A stretch of DNA of 64,000 nt from a virus. How positions within the stretch are numbered: the stretch's first letter is position 1; every line of letters starts with the position of its first letter. The stretch lies in the IMG/VR virus record IMGVR_UViG_3300031963_009547; one strand, written 5' to 3'. The notes under the pieces are model-generated. The model had not been told where the DNA came from. It did not search any database and saw nothing but the letters and a program-made list of their open reading frames with translations. The translations under genes and the position numbers were made by a program. Positions 40,481 to 53,100 of the stretch are shown here, in pieces.

Positions 40481-43400
40481 ATGACCAAAAGTTATAGGAT
40501 AAGAACAGCACCGGGTACGGACAAAAATATTAGAGTCAATATTAATCAAGATTTTGACTTTTTAGAGATACTTTCTTTAAAATTAAGACAAGAAGATGTC
40601 TACACGAGATTTTGTGCAGACTATGGAGTTGTGGCTGGTAGAGTCATAGTCAATGGAGGGTACGGAGTACCAAATGCGAATGTATCAATATTTGTTCCAC
40701 TTGACGCAATAGATGAAAATGACCCTGTGATTTCCACACTTTATCCTTACACATCGGTTGATATTAAAAATGAAGATGGATACCGTTATAATCTTTTACC
40801 ATATAGACAAGAATACGGAGGACACACACCAACAGGTACATTTCCTGATAGAGAAGACGTTCTAACAAGAACCGAAGTTTTAGAAGTTTACGAAAAGTAT
40901 TATAAGTTTACTGTAAAAACAAATGAAAGTGGTGACTTTATGATAATTGGAGCACCGCTAGGTATTCAAACCTTAGTTTTAGATTTAGATTTATCAAACA
41001 TAGGTTGTTTTTCATTAAGACCTGCTGATTTAATTAGGTCAGGTCTTGCAACTGCAGAACAATTTGATGGAGACCAATTTAAATCATCAACAGATTTAGA
41101 TTCATTACCACAATTAGTTAATATCAAACAAGATATTGAAGTAACTTCTTTTTGGGGTGAAAATGAAATATGTAATATTGGTATAACAAGAGCTGACTTT
41201 GATTTAAGAGAATTTGGAATTGATATTAAACCTCACGCGGTTTTTATGGGCTCTATATTTTCAACCGCGGACGAAGACTTTTTGAAGACTAACTGTAAAC
41301 CTAAAAAAGATTCAGGTAATTTATGTGATTTAGTTACAGGTGCGGGTAGCATTTTAGCCATTAGACAAACAATTAACTATGATGTTGATGGTAGACCTAT
41401 TTTAGAGCAGTTTAGTTTACCTGAGGGTGGTAAAGTGATAGATGACGACGGTACATGGTTAGTTGAGGTACCGATGAACTTGGATTATGTTACAACAAAC
41501 GAGTTCGGAGAGCAAATTTTATCTAATGACCCATCTGTCGGTATACCAACAAAGGCAAAGTACCGTTTTAGAATACAATATCAAAACGAAGATGGATTAG
41601 AAAATAATATTTTAAGGGCAGATTATTTAGTTCCAAATATTAAAGAATGGGGATGGACAGGAAGTAACCCACCCGCGGGTTCATCGGCACAACTTCAATC
41701 TTATGCATTTAGTTTAGATTGGAATGATTACGGTGATAGTAGTACAACAATTGGTCAACAAATGATTAATGAAGCAATTAATTGTGAAGACAGATTCTAT
41801 GAGTTTAACTATAATAAAGTCTATACGATTGCTAATTTTTTAGACAGATGGAAATGGGGGTTCAATAGAAGTAGACATTTAGGTATCAAAGAAATTACGG
41901 ATAGAGGGTGTACCACAACAACAAATAGATTTCCTGTAAATGACGGTGTAAAAAACTTTGACTTCATATTTTTCTTATTCAATTTATTAATTACTATCCT
42001 TACACCTGTATTTGTTGCGTTAATACCGGTTCTTCACGTTTTAGCATTAGCATGGCCAATATTAAAGTGGGTTATTGCTATTATGTTTCCAGCATATCTT
42101 ATATTTCAAGCCGTACAATATGCTATCGCGGCCGCAGCGGCATTCCCAGCGGTAGGTTTAATTGTGGTTAATGCTTTAGTTGCTGTTATATTAGCTGCCG
42201 CCGCAGTTTTATTTGCGGTAAAAGTTGCTCCCATGTTGGTTAAATTTAAGTTTAAAGGAATAACATTACCGATGATGTCATATCCTGATTGTGAGGCGTG
42301 TCCTTGTGATATGGACGATTTACAGATGGACGATGTCCAAGGTAATATTTTTGGAGGTGGAGGTAATCAACAGGCAAAAATAGGTAAGTATACTGTAAAC
42401 AGTAGAACTAGTGGTTCCATTCTAGCGGACACAAACTCAAATCAACTATTTCTTAGTGCACCAAACACCAATCTTTGTAACTTTGATTCAAATGGGGACC
42501 AAATAATACAATCAGGTTACCCAACATATTTCTGTACTATAGACCCTGAAAGTTATTCGGGTAGTGAAAACAAAAGAAACACGAAGTATCAAGCAGATAG
42601 TTTCGGTATTAGATACGGTATGGCAGGATACCCAACAGCACCTGAAGTGGGAATGCCTGTGGTTACTAAGTTTTCCGAAGATAAGTACTTCCCAAATAGA
42701 GATGTAACGTTATCTCAATCTTTTAATTTAGCAAACCTTAGAATAAGATATTTTGATACGACAGCACCAAATATCATTAAGACAACGATTAATACTAACA
42801 ACCCACCAATTTATGATAACATAATGATGTTGATTGTTGACCAAAATACTATTTCTCAAATGACATCGGGTAGTTTGGTTACTTTTACTAATCCTGACAA
42901 TATAAATGATATTAATATGACTGGCGCATCGGTTACAAACCAATTCGGTAGTAATTCAATTACAGGTAGTACACAAGCATCAACCACAGTACAAATCACT
43001 TACATAAATCAAAATGGAAACCCACAAACGGTTCAAGTACAGATAACAGGAAACACAGATGGAAAAGAATATCTTTATAAAACGGGTATAGAATATTTCC
43101 AAGTGGTTACAGGTATGACTTTAAATAATTTGGATTTACTGACAAATGGAATTAAGTTAAACAACCAACCAAACCCTAACTCACAACTTGATACTACAAA
43201 TATAATTAGAAAGTATATTTTAAATAAATTACAAAGAATAACATACGAAGATAACTCAGGTTCAGGAGATAACGGACAATTTAGAAATGAAGTAATAAAC
43301 CCACTTACTATAATGGGTGATAGTTGGAAAAATTTAGAAATTGTGTTTTTAGTAAGGGGTGTTGACCCTTATACCGATACACAAAATATCGAATATGATT

Positions 43401-45484
43401 TATCAAGACTATTTGGTTATAGTTTTGGACAAGGACCAAAAGTTTCAGGACAATTCTATATGAATATACCAATTCAACCAAACTCAGGTTCTGGTACTTG
43501 GTGGTATGATAGTAAAACTCCTGAATCACACAACGTCACTTATCCCACATCAAAACTATACCATCAGACATTCAATTTTAATACAGGTACACAATTTAGT
43601 TCAGTTACATCTAATAATATTAGATATTATTCATCTTTAGATAAATCTACTAACACCATTACTGCAAATGGTGGATTTCCTTTATCAACATACACTGCAA
43701 GTGGTTTAGGTATTGATGATAATGGAAACGGAACACAACAGATAAGATTCTACGGGACATCATATCAGGGAAGAGTTGAAGGTGGGGCTTTAATGGCATC
43801 AAGCAACAGTGTTAGTAACAACACGATTACCTCATTCAGTAATTATAACGGTAGATTATATAGTCCTGTTTATGGTTCAATTTCTTATACCATACCATCA
43901 GGGGCGAACCCTAAATTACTATTAAGGTCAGACAGATTACCAACTTCAGATGTACAACAAACATTTGGTACTCGCTCGATGTTACTCCACCAAAATGATA
44001 AGTTTGCTATCTATATCTACAACAGTAGCGGACCATCGACTGTATTTTCGGTTACTGCGACTGACACCACAAATAATGCTCAAGACTTTGGCCCTGATGG
44101 GCCACAAACTACTGCGAGCAGCGTGTTATCCACTTTTGATTGTGCAGGAATGGTACCTTTAGATTGTTATCAAGTTGACACAACGACTAATACGTTTAGT
44201 GTTTTATCACCATGTACTCAAAATCAAGACCCAGTAAGAATTAAATCAGGGTGTTACCAGTTTATTCAAAAACCATACGTGGCTAATATTACTAAAGATT
44301 TAGAAAATTTCTCAGAGTGGAAAGCAAGATTTAGAATGATGTTTGGTGCGTGTAGAGGTATTTTCTCACACGTTTTTCAAAATAATTGGGTCAATGGAAC
44401 ACTATATATGTTTTCGTTTAAAAAACAAACAATAGTATCAATTTTAGGTCAACCAAAAAAATACAAGTATTGTGGTACATACGAGAGTAATGTTAGACCA
44501 GGACAAGGTCCAATTTATTATACATCAGGTTCAACTAATTCGTTCTTTTATCGTTCAACACCTTACAATGGTACAAATTTCGTTGGACAAATACCAAAAC
44601 AAGGTTCATACTTAAATCCAACACCCGTTCCTGTTGATTTTGGAGGCGCAAACGATAGAAACATCATGTTCCCAACTACAATCATGGACTTAGGACCAAG
44701 GGACGAGTTTTCTTTTGAAATTTGTGCAAACCCTAATCTTCAAGGATATTTGGTAGATACATTAAAATCTACATCATTTAATGATACGTCAGATTTATTA
44801 CAGTTATTTATAATATCTCGTTTGATTAATACAAACTTCTTAGGTGCTTTATTAGGTTTAGGTGACGCATCAATCAATAAAATGTTTTCAAGAAGTGACG
44901 ATAGATTGGATGGTGATTTAACACAACTATTTAGTATTAATTCTGAATATGGTGTTGAAGGATTTAGTGAAGATGAATACGATGGAGTAAATGACATTTA
45001 TATTGCAACCTCAGGACCTGCAACCTTAGGGGTATTCTTTACATCTAGTACCGAGAACAGAGTAGAATTATCACCTGGAGTTACAACATTTACACCACAA
45101 CTCACCAATTTATTTGGATATCCTGGCACACAAGAAGTACCATTCTACCAGTGGCAACTAAACCAACAACAAGTACCGACTATTTTTGGTTCAGATATAA
45201 ATGATTGGAATACAAACTTGATAGGTGGAGGTTTTTACAAACAAAAATATCAAGGACTAAGTTTCAAATATAGTTCACTTTCACAATATTTTAACAATTT
45301 AACCACAGGTCAAAAAGGGTTTATTTATAATTCTAACGCGTCGGGTAATGATATTACTTTTCCTCCTGGGCAATCAAATAGTTTCTTAGTTGGTGCACCA
45401 TACCATTTTTATTTTGGATTAAATAAAGGTAAAAGTTCAATTAACAGATACATAACAAAATATATTTTGAATCAAGATGTCTAA
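40481..45484 (+). CDS. large structural-module protein with an internal multi-pass hydrophobic segment
   Basis: N-terminal Ig/carboxypeptidase-regulatory-like segment (GVVAGRV...VPNANVSIF; TNESGDF.I), a ~95 aa hydrophobic stretch, and C-terminal YHFYFGL.KG. Lies in the baseplate cluster. Confidence 0.55.
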   Translation: MTKSYRIRTAPGTDKNIRVNINQDFDFLEILSLKLRQEDVYTRFCADYGVVAGRVIVNGGYGVPNANVSIFVPLDAIDENDPVISTLYPYTSVDIKNEDGYRYNLLPYRQEYGGHTPTGTFPDREDVLTRTEVLEVYEKYYKFTVKTNESGDFMIIGAPLGIQTLVLDLDLSNIGCFSLRPADLIRSGLATAEQFDGDQFKSSTDLDSLPQLVNIKQDIEVTSFWGENEICNIGITRADFDLREFGIDIKPHAVFMGSIFSTADEDFLKTNCKPKKDSGNLCDLVTGAGSILAIRQTINYDVDGRPILEQFSLPEGGKVIDDDGTWLVEVPMNLDYVTTNEFGEQILSNDPSVGIPTKAKYRFRIQYQNEDGLENNILRADYLVPNIKEWGWTGSNPPAGSSAQLQSYAFSLDWNDYGDSSTTIGQQMINEAINCEDRFYEFNYNKVYTIANFLDRWKWGFNRSRHLGIKEITDRGCTTTTNRFPVNDGVKNFDFIFFLFNLLITILTPVFVALIPVLHVLALAWPILKWVIAIMFPAYLIFQAVQYAIAAAAAFPAVGLIVVNALVAVILAAAAVLFAVKVAPMLVKFKFKGITLPMMSYPDCEACPCDMDDLQMDDVQGNIFGGGGNQQAKIGKYTVNSRTSGSILADTNSNQLFLSAPNTNLCNFDSNGDQIIQSGYPTYFCTIDPESYSGSENKRNTKYQADSFGIRYGMAGYPTAPEVGMPVVTKFSEDKYFPNRDVTLSQSFNLANLRIRYFDTTAPNIIKTTINTNNPPIYDNIMMLIVDQNTISQMTSGSLVTFTNPDNINDINMTGASVTNQFGSNSITGSTQASTTVQITYINQNGNPQTVQVQITGNTDGKEYLYKTGIEYFQVVTGMTLNNLDLLTNGIKLNNQPNPNSQLDTTNIIRKYILNKLQRITYEDNSGSGDNGQFRNEVINPLTIMGDSWKNLEIVFLVRGVDPYTDTQNIEYDLSRLFGYSFGQGPKVSGQFYMNIPIQPNSGSGTWWYDSKTPESHNVTYPTSKLYHQTFNFNTGTQFSSVTSNNIRYYSSLDKSTNTITANGGFPLSTYTASGLGIDDNGNGTQQIRFYGTSYQGRVEGGALMASSNSVSNNTITSFSNYNGRLYSPVYGSISYTIPSGANPKLLLRSDRLPTSDVQQTFGTRSMLLHQNDKFAIYIYNSSGPSTVFSVTATDTTNNAQDFGPDGPQTTASSVLSTFDCAGMVPLDCYQVDTTTNTFSVLSPCTQNQDPVRIKSGCYQFIQKPYVANITKDLENFSEWKARFRMMFGACRGIFSHVFQNNWVNGTLYMFSFKKQTIVSILGQPKKYKYCGTYESNVRPGQGPIYYTSGSTNSFFYRSTPYNGTNFVGQIPKQGSYLNPTPVPVDFGGANDRNIMFPTTIMDLGPRDEFSFEICANPNLQGYLVDTLKSTSFNDTSDLLQLFIISRLINTNFLGALLGLGDASINKMFSRSDDRLDGDLTQLFSINSEYGVEGFSEDEYDGVNDIYIATSGPATLGVFFTSSTENRVELSPGVTTFTPQLTNLFGYPGTQEVPFYQWQLNQQQVPTIFGSDINDWNTNLIGGGFYKQKYQGLSFKYSSLSQYFNNLTTGQKGFIYNSNASGNDITFPPGQSNSFLVGAPYHFYFGLNKGKSSINRYITKYILNQDV

Positions 45485-47225
45485 TGAAAATGAAATATTA
45501 ATTGTTTTAGGTTCAAAACAATTTGCCGGAAACACCGACAAGGATATTTGGATTCAACCGCCTCTTATTGGAGACATGAGAACTATGGTTGAAGGTGATA
45601 GGTCTTTAACTATTAATTTAGCCCAACAATTTGACACAGAAAGACAAACAAGTGATGTGTTTAGAATTTCAGGTAAAATTACAAATGTTTTTCGTAACGT
45701 AATATCAGGTGCCTGTTCATATACACCATTTAAAAATATACTTTATTATACTAATGCTATTGCAAATGCCACATCGAACTTAATACCCGGGTCTAACGTA
45801 GATTGGGAAGGGTATCCTCAATTTGATGAATTTACTTTTGTTAGATATAGTGCCATTACAGGCCACAGAAACTTCATAACAAAAAGTGCTAGTTCATATA
45901 ATTGGATGTTAAATTTAACCTACCCTTTTAGTAGTGATACGACACAACCAATGGCATATACAAATGAAAAATACGGAGTTACAGTAAACTTCACAGCCTC
46001 TGACGGTATACCATTTGTAATTGATACAGGACAAGTTGATGGTAAAAATGTTGTGTACTTTTATTGTGGAACCAAACATAATTTAAGTGTTGGACAATGG
46101 GTAGAGTTAGAAATACCTTTAGTACCGGGTGGTTTAGGAGGTAAAAAACTGTATCAAGTTTTTTCACTTGGTGATGGTACATATCGTTCGGAAGAAACTG
46201 TATTTACAATATTTAATCTGAAATTTCCAGTAAACCAAACAACAACAGGATTTTATGGTACATTTAAAAGAGTGTCAAACATTGTAAATAGTGGTGAAAC
46301 TAAATCAATTTATTATGTAAGATTACATAAAGTAATAGCAGAACACAAAGACTTTGTTATAAATCAAGCCGGTTTTGAAAATAATCCTTTCAGTACTAAG
46401 ACAAAATTAGAATATTCAGCTTTAACACCAAACAACACACAAAGAATTTCAGTTAAAGAAGGTACTAAAACATTTAGTTTCACACTAAACAAAGATATAT
46501 CTATAAATGGTTATAAAGATAATAATGGAAAACCAATAACCGAATTATTTTTAACCACAACCCAAAGAGGGTATATGGGTTGGTTTAATCCACCTGCGAT
46601 AAACGCTAATAATAATCAAACGGCAATTGACATTGGTTGGGGATTTAACATTTTAGTGAACACTGTTGATAGTTGGTGGGACCATTTCAATACAACAAAT
46701 AAAGATATTATTCCATTAAATTCATACGAACAACCACAAGGTAGTGGTCAGTACTTTTATTATAATGATTTTTTAAGTAATGGTGATATTATAAAAGGTG
46801 ATTTTTGTGAGTATAACTTTATTGAACAACAGGAGTACGTTTTATCACCGATGTATCATAAATATTCTTTTAATAATTCATATTTCTTAGATAATTCACC
46901 AATAAATTTACCAAGTGGGTATCTCTATGAACCACATGCGTCAATACCTATTAGAGTATTTAGCGATTATTTAGAATTTGGTTCATCAACCAATACAGAT
47001 AATATACCAACATATGCTTGGTTCTCTGAATATGAACAAACATTCTTTTGGAGGGATATCTATTCATATGGATTTATAGACTCAGAGGGTTTAGGTGTGG
47101 ACTACCCTTTTGTAAATGGCGCTCATTACCCGTTCAAATCAGTTTTGTTTTTACAGAAACCAATACAGAAACAAGAATTTGTAACAACAATCATAAACGA
47201 CCTATTAGTAGACGACTGTGAATAA
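45477..47225 (+). CDS. putative baseplate/tail structural protein
   Basis: Long ORF translationally coupled within the baseplate cluster. Confidence 0.5.
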   Translation: MSNENEILIVLGSKQFAGNTDKDIWIQPPLIGDMRTMVEGDRSLTINLAQQFDTERQTSDVFRISGKITNVFRNVISGACSYTPFKNILYYTNAIANATSNLIPGSNVDWEGYPQFDEFTFVRYSAITGHRNFITKSASSYNWMLNLTYPFSSDTTQPMAYTNEKYGVTVNFTASDGIPFVIDTGQVDGKNVVYFYCGTKHNLSVGQWVELEIPLVPGGLGGKKLYQVFSLGDGTYRSEETVFTIFNLKFPVNQTTTGFYGTFKRVSNIVNSGETKSIYYVRLHKVIAEHKDFVINQAGFENNPFSTKTKLEYSALTPNNTQRISVKEGTKTFSFTLNKDISINGYKDNNGKPITELFLTTTQRGYMGWFNPPAINANNNQTAIDIGWGFNILVNTVDSWWDHFNTTNKDIIPLNSYEQPQGSGQYFYYNDFLSNGDIIKGDFCEYNFIEQQEYVLSPMYHKYSFNNSYFLDNSPINLPSGYLYEPHASIPIRVFSDYLEFGSSTNTDNIPTYAWFSEYEQTFFWRDIYSYGFIDSEGLGVDYPFVNGAHYPFKSVLFLQKPIQKQEFVTTIINDLLVDDCE

Positions 47226-48063
47226 TAACTATTATAGATTTACTCTTAATCCTAACGATACCGAAATCAATATTCCTATTGAGATTACTTTTGATATGGA
47301 AGGTAGAGAACAAGCTGTTGAAGAATTTGAAAAAACTGCAGTACAAAAAGTTTTGAATGGTATTGAAGATTTTGAAATTGGTAGATTTGCCCATGCTCCG
47401 TGGGACACTGACCCCGATAAAACTGAGATAAATTATACCTTTAATTTCTTTAATCCTAATTTACCTACGGACTTTATTGTAAACCCACCATCAGCAACAG
47501 ATTGGTTAGACGACTATGAATATGCAACATTTACAAATAATGAGATTTATTACTTCTCAAACGCATTCAAGGGCTCATTCTTCAAATTAGATTTCTATGA
47601 TAGTAAAGTTAATGAAAGTCAAAAAATATTGTTTAGTGTTATCTTACCTACACAACAAGGTCAAAAAGAAACAGGGACAATAGGACCACCACTTAATCCG
47701 ACTACAGTCATGGTTAAAAAACCAAAATACATTTTAGATTATACAGGGCAAGATAAAGAAGGTTTCTTTTTTTATTGGTTGAAGAATCAAGATTATATTT
47801 CACAAACTGAGTTTTTTATGTCTTGTAAATTCTTTAATGCTAAAAAAGGTCAGTTCGTTAGAATGATTAACGAACCCCAATCTAACTTCGTAGGTCCAAA
47901 TCAATTTAATTTTAATAAAGAAATATACTTTTATTATAAAGTAACTTTTGATTATAGTAGTTATGAATATAAGGTATATAGAGAAACTCCTGGACTTGTA
48001 AGAGTAGGGGTCGGTCAAACAGCCTCAGAGGCTATAACTTGGTATGAATATATTAACCCATAA
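47218..48063 (+). CDS. putative baseplate/tail structural protein
   Basis: Coupled ORF, aromatic-rich and likely beta-structured. Confidence 0.5.
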   Translation: MNNNYYRFTLNPNDTEINIPIEITFDMEGREQAVEEFEKTAVQKVLNGIEDFEIGRFAHAPWDTDPDKTEINYTFNFFNPNLPTDFIVNPPSATDWLDDYEYATFTNNEIYYFSNAFKGSFFKLDFYDSKVNESQKILFSVILPTQQGQKETGTIGPPLNPTTVMVKKPKYILDYTGQDKEGFFFYWLKNQDYISQTEFFMSCKFFNAKKGQFVRMINEPQSNFVGPNQFNFNKEIYFYYKVTFDYSSYEYKVYRETPGLVRVGVGQTASEAITWYEYINP

Positions 48064-49205
48064 TGGAATCAGAAAAATTTAGTATAAAAATATCACCAGA
48101 AGTATTAAATGGTGATTTGTTTGCTTCTGTTTATACGGCTTCTACAATATACAATTTGCCTCAAAATGGGATACCAACCTCATCAACACCATTTACCGCG
48201 ATTACTCAAGACTACGTAGTTTATTCAGGTATGTCAGAAATTTTAAGTGGAGGGACAAATGGAGACTCACTACTTACAGGTTTAACAATACCCGTTTTTT
48301 TTACACAAACTTATAATGATATAGGTTATTATTCAGAGTTTGATGGGTTAATGTACCAAAAAGATATTGTTACAAATTTTTTATATTCAGGCGATGATAC
48401 TACTAATTTATTTTCAGTTAGCCTTTATAATACATCGGGGGACTTTACAGAAAGTTATCTAGATTTTACAACATTTAGTGTTGATTGGGGTGACGGTAGT
48501 ACATCTCAAATATTAACAACTTCACAACAAAATCACGTTTATACCAATCCAGGTAATTATGTAATTACTTTATCAGGCGCAAATCCTTGGGGGGTGACTA
48601 CGGTTTCTAAACCTATAACCATACCATTATTACCGGCATTTGTACCAAACCCTAATGGTACTATAGTATTTACACCACAAGGGGGGAATTGGACTAATAT
48701 ACCTGTGTCATCAGATTATATTTTTCCACTTGATTCTAATATTAGTGCGACATATCAAGCATCTTCTAACTGGACAACAGTGCCATTTGTCGTATCAGGT
48801 TATACTAAATCTAAAATACAAGACTTAAAAAGATATGGACCTGACCCTTTTACTGTGGGTTATGTTTTTACAAAAAACAATCAATTTTACGGACAAATAG
48901 ATTCTATACAAAACGAAATTACAGGTTATACTATTGAGAACATCACATACTTTGATTTACCGGATGGTAAAACTTTTTATGTTATGAATAGTGATGGTTT
49001 AAAGGTAAGTGATTTAAATGTTTCTGTTATTACTAAAAACGAACAATTGTTAGATTTTGTAATGGCACCACAAATACAGACAGACATTTATGTTGAAAGA
49101 GGAAAATATAGTGCGTTTGAGGTTTTGGAAAGATTAGGTGAAGTAGACAATATAGGTGATTTAGAACAATATGGATACGGGTTCTTCAAAATTAATAACG
49201 CATAA
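48063..49205 (+). CDS. PKD-domain structural protein
   Basis: VDWGDGS...NHVYTNPGNYVITL is a PKD signature. Confidence 0.65.
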   Translation: MESEKFSIKISPEVLNGDLFASVYTASTIYNLPQNGIPTSSTPFTAITQDYVVYSGMSEILSGGTNGDSLLTGLTIPVFFTQTYNDIGYYSEFDGLMYQKDIVTNFLYSGDDTTNLFSVSLYNTSGDFTESYLDFTTFSVDWGDGSTSQILTTSQQNHVYTNPGNYVITLSGANPWGVTTVSKPITIPLLPAFVPNPNGTIVFTPQGGNWTNIPVSSDYIFPLDSNISATYQASSNWTTVPFVVSGYTKSKIQDLKRYGPDPFTVGYVFTKNNQFYGQIDSIQNEITGYTIENITYFDLPDGKTFYVMNSDGLKVSDLNVSVITKNEQLLDFVMAPQIQTDIYVERGKYSAFEVLERLGEVDNIGDLEQYGYGFFKINNA

Positions 49206-49238
49206 AAAATACAGATAAACTATTTATAAAATAAAAAA

Positions 49239-50147
49239 ATGGCATTAGGAACATATGGTATTGTAAGACCCTCAGATGTATCACCAGCCGACGTTGATAT
49301 AATTTTACACTATACTCCAAGTAGAGATGTGACAGATAACTTTTTACTTAAAAAGTTAAATTCACAAAGTATATTAACACCATACTTTCATAGTGCAGAT
49401 ACTGGTGGTAATACAGGTGTTGAGGTACTTGGTGGTTTATATAATTTGAAACTACCGGCAAGTGAATTTAATAAAAAGGGAATTTATACTTTATATATAA
49501 AACCTGCAGAAATAAGAACTACAATTACAGATTGTGGTGTTTTATCGGCACTACCTAATGTTAAAGGTATTATCATTGATATTAACCAAGTACCTGCTCA
49601 ATTCAGAAATAAATTCACAAATCAAGGGTTAGTAGGGTTTAGAGTGGAATACTTAAACCAAGATGGAAGTAAAATACCTAATTTTTATAGAATTATTACA
49701 TCATCTTTTTTCTGTGAACCTGTAGTTACCGAACAAGTAAACTCATCACAAAAAACAATAAGATATCGCTATGTTGATGCTGGTAGCGATTTAGTATTTT
49801 GTACTTTATCACCATCATCATCACCTACAAACAAACCAACGTCAACACCTTTTATAGGTCAACCTAATCAAAATATTATCGTTTCAAATACATTCTTCAA
49901 TCCGATAACAATTGATATTCAAATGGCAGATTACGATTTAGATACAATGGCAATTGCTCTTTATGGTAATCAAACTAAGAGTATGGAAGATGGTATTTAC
50001 ACATTATACGATAGTAATAATAATATTTACAAACAATACAACTTGTTTGAGGTTAGGGATAACTTTAATGAACTACTTTATGAAGTTAGACAAGATAGGG
50101 GAGCTAACATAGATTTCAGTAAAAACTTTACAAATATTATTACTTAA
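49239..50147 (+). CDS. putative structural protein
   Basis: ORF with an upstream TATTTATA motif, in the structural cluster. Confidence 0.5.
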   Translation: MALGTYGIVRPSDVSPADVDIILHYTPSRDVTDNFLLKKLNSQSILTPYFHSADTGGNTGVEVLGGLYNLKLPASEFNKKGIYTLYIKPAEIRTTITDCGVLSALPNVKGIIIDINQVPAQFRNKFTNQGLVGFRVEYLNQDGSKIPNFYRIITSSFFCEPVVTEQVNSSQKTIRYRYVDAGSDLVFCTLSPSSSPTNKPTSTPFIGQPNQNIIVSNTFFNPITIDIQMADYDLDTMAIALYGNQTKSMEDGIYTLYDSNNNIYKQYNLFEVRDNFNELLYEVRQDRGANIDFSKNFTNIIT

Positions 50148-53100
50148 TGGCAAATAAAATTTTCTTCCCACCTATTGGAACCAATACTTTCGCAGATAAT
50201 ATTGTCGGTGTTCAAATTACCGATGGTGGTGGTTTAACGCAAGGAAATTTTCAATTTACATCTGCAATATATGAAAAATCAAATAGAAAATTTGATACGG
50301 GTGTTTTTTCAGAAGGGTATACTTTAGAAAATCTTAAAATTGATAACATTGAACAGGCAAAAAGAATTATTGAAAAAAACTTTAAGGTTTATCCTAATTA
50401 TGATTTATCGGAAGTAACGAGTTTTTCTCTATATGGTTCGTTGGCTAAAAGATTGTCCGCATCGGCGATTAAAATAATCAATAATTTTCCAGCTGCGATT
50501 GAAATAATGGCTCGACATCAATCAGGATTATTTGTTGGGGATACGGCATTTAATATTACATATGACAGTGTTGAAGACGAAACAACATTTGATATGAATA
50601 GTGCTTTATTTAGAAATCCATTTGAAGTTGATTTTTCTGTAAATGCAAGAAGAAATATTGAGGTAAAACCATTCCCTATACATCCTATTAGGGCACTAAC
50701 TTCGGAGTTTGAAAACTACGCTTTGTATTTTGATACACTGGATGTTGAATATCCATTGACAGATTTTACACCGACGATAAGTATGTCAGGTGGAAATGTT
50801 ACATTAACTGTACTTGGAAATCCTTTTAGTGGTTTAACCGCCACAACAGCTTCACTTATATTAAAACCTAACAACACTAAGACACAAGAAATATTTAATG
50901 ATGCATTTGATGAGGTTGAAAAATTTCTTTTAAATCAAAATACCTCACCAAAATATACTGCTAAATTTTCTTATCCTGATTATGATGATAATGGTGTATT
51001 AACATTGTATAATAGAAAAGTAACTTGGACATTAAGTACATTTTGGAACCTCGATATCAGTAGTAGTAGATTCAACAAATATTTGGATGAACTTCAATTG
51101 ATTGCTGAAAAGTTAGATGAATATAAAACAAATCTTATAAGTAGATTTTTAATAACGGGGGCATTCAAAGAATTTGATACAACGGACCAAAAAATAGAAA
51201 AAGTTTTACAAATTTATGGTAGAAGTTTTGATGAGGTTAAAAAGTTTATAGACAGTTTAGCATACGTTAATTCAGTTAACTACCAAGTAGGAAACGATAT
51301 ACCATCTCAATTATTATCAAACTTAGCGCAAACATTAGGTATTAATCCTAATATTTCACCTATCACAAATGAAGGGTTTTTAACATCAGTTTTTAATCCA
51401 ACACCACAACAGATTTATCAAGGACAAAAAAACACACCAACACCAACAGAACTTAATTACCAATATTATAAAAATTTAATATTGAACGCAGCTTACATGT
51501 TCAAAACAAAAGGAACAAGACAATCCTTAGAATATGTGATGAGATTTATAGGCGCACCTGATGCGTTAGTCGAGTTCAACGAAATAATTTATGTTGCTGA
51601 TACTAAAATCAACGTTAACAAATTTAATCAACAATATGCTCAGATTTCAGGAGGTACTAAATTTGAGACAACACCTAGTTTAGATAACAGTAATATTTTT
51701 AGTATTCAAGGTGTAACATATACGGGATACACTAGTAGTGGTGTAATCAAATTTATTAATACGACACTCGATGACTACGGTGTTGATTCAGATGGATATC
51801 CTAAAAGTCCACAACAAACACAAGACAACTTCTTCCAAAAAGGAGCAGGTTGGTTTGAAAAAAGCCCAAAACACCGTTCAGTAGAAACTGTTGATGTGGC
51901 AAATTCACAATTCACGGGTTCGAATCCATATCTGATTACAGAAGTTGCTCCGTTTAATTTTGGACAAGAGTATATGAATACTCTTAGAAAGTTCCCTGAT
52001 ATGAATGTTGGATACACATTAACAAGGGTATCTGATAATCAAAAATCTTGGCCTGTTAATCAAGTAGGGACACGTAAAAATAATTCAAATTTCAACGGTG
52101 TTGATTATTCAGTGAATGACGATAAGTTAGTAATTAACTCTAAAAACATAGAGTTATATATGAATATGGGACAAGGTATTACATACGACGTATGGGATAT
52201 GTCTGTGAAATATAATTACCCAATACCTAATTCAGGACTTACCGCTCCTTACCCTTATCCTGGTGATATAGATTGGACTATAATAAATCCAAAACCAAAA
52301 GAAAAAACATTCTTTGAGTTTGCACAAACTTTCTACAACAACTTTATCAATGTGAGAAATAGACAAACAATATTTGATGGTAAAACAGGAGGGTATCCAA
52401 CTTTACAATCTATATATTGGAAATATTTGCAATCACAACAAACGGTAGGTATTCCATCAAATGAATACACCTACCAAAAAATGATTGACTTTACTTTGGG
52501 TATTGGTGATTACTGGCAAAGATTGTTAGAACAAGTAGTTCCTGGTACAACATTGTGGTTAACAGGTCAAAAAATGGAAAACTCTATTTTCCACAGACAA
52601 AAATATGTTTGGAGAAGACAAAGAGGTTGTCAGTTTATTCCTGTTGATTGTGTTCCTTGTAGATACACAGGACAACCATTCGCTTACGACTGTATAGACC
52701 AAACTCTTCAGTGTAGTTTGATTTTAGATGGTGCAAATGTTTTACAGACACTATTGGCGTCCCAACTTAGCACTAGTGGATATACACAAAATCAGTGCGA
52801 TTTAAATAGTATAGTATCTAATTGGTATGTTGATTGCCGTTTGGATAATCAAGTGTTAGTACAATCTCAATTCTACACAGGATATGGTATAAATGATTAC
52901 CCAACCCAAACACAATTATTAAACGCATTAGATACAGAACTAGAAGAATTATACCAACACGGGCTAAACTATTATTTTGCTGGTAATACGTTAATTGTGA
53001 GTAATTCAACATGTTATGATGATTTTACAAATAGTACTTTATCATTAAACATAGGTTTAGATATTGATATAAATTGTACACCATCTTCCGCAACACCAAC

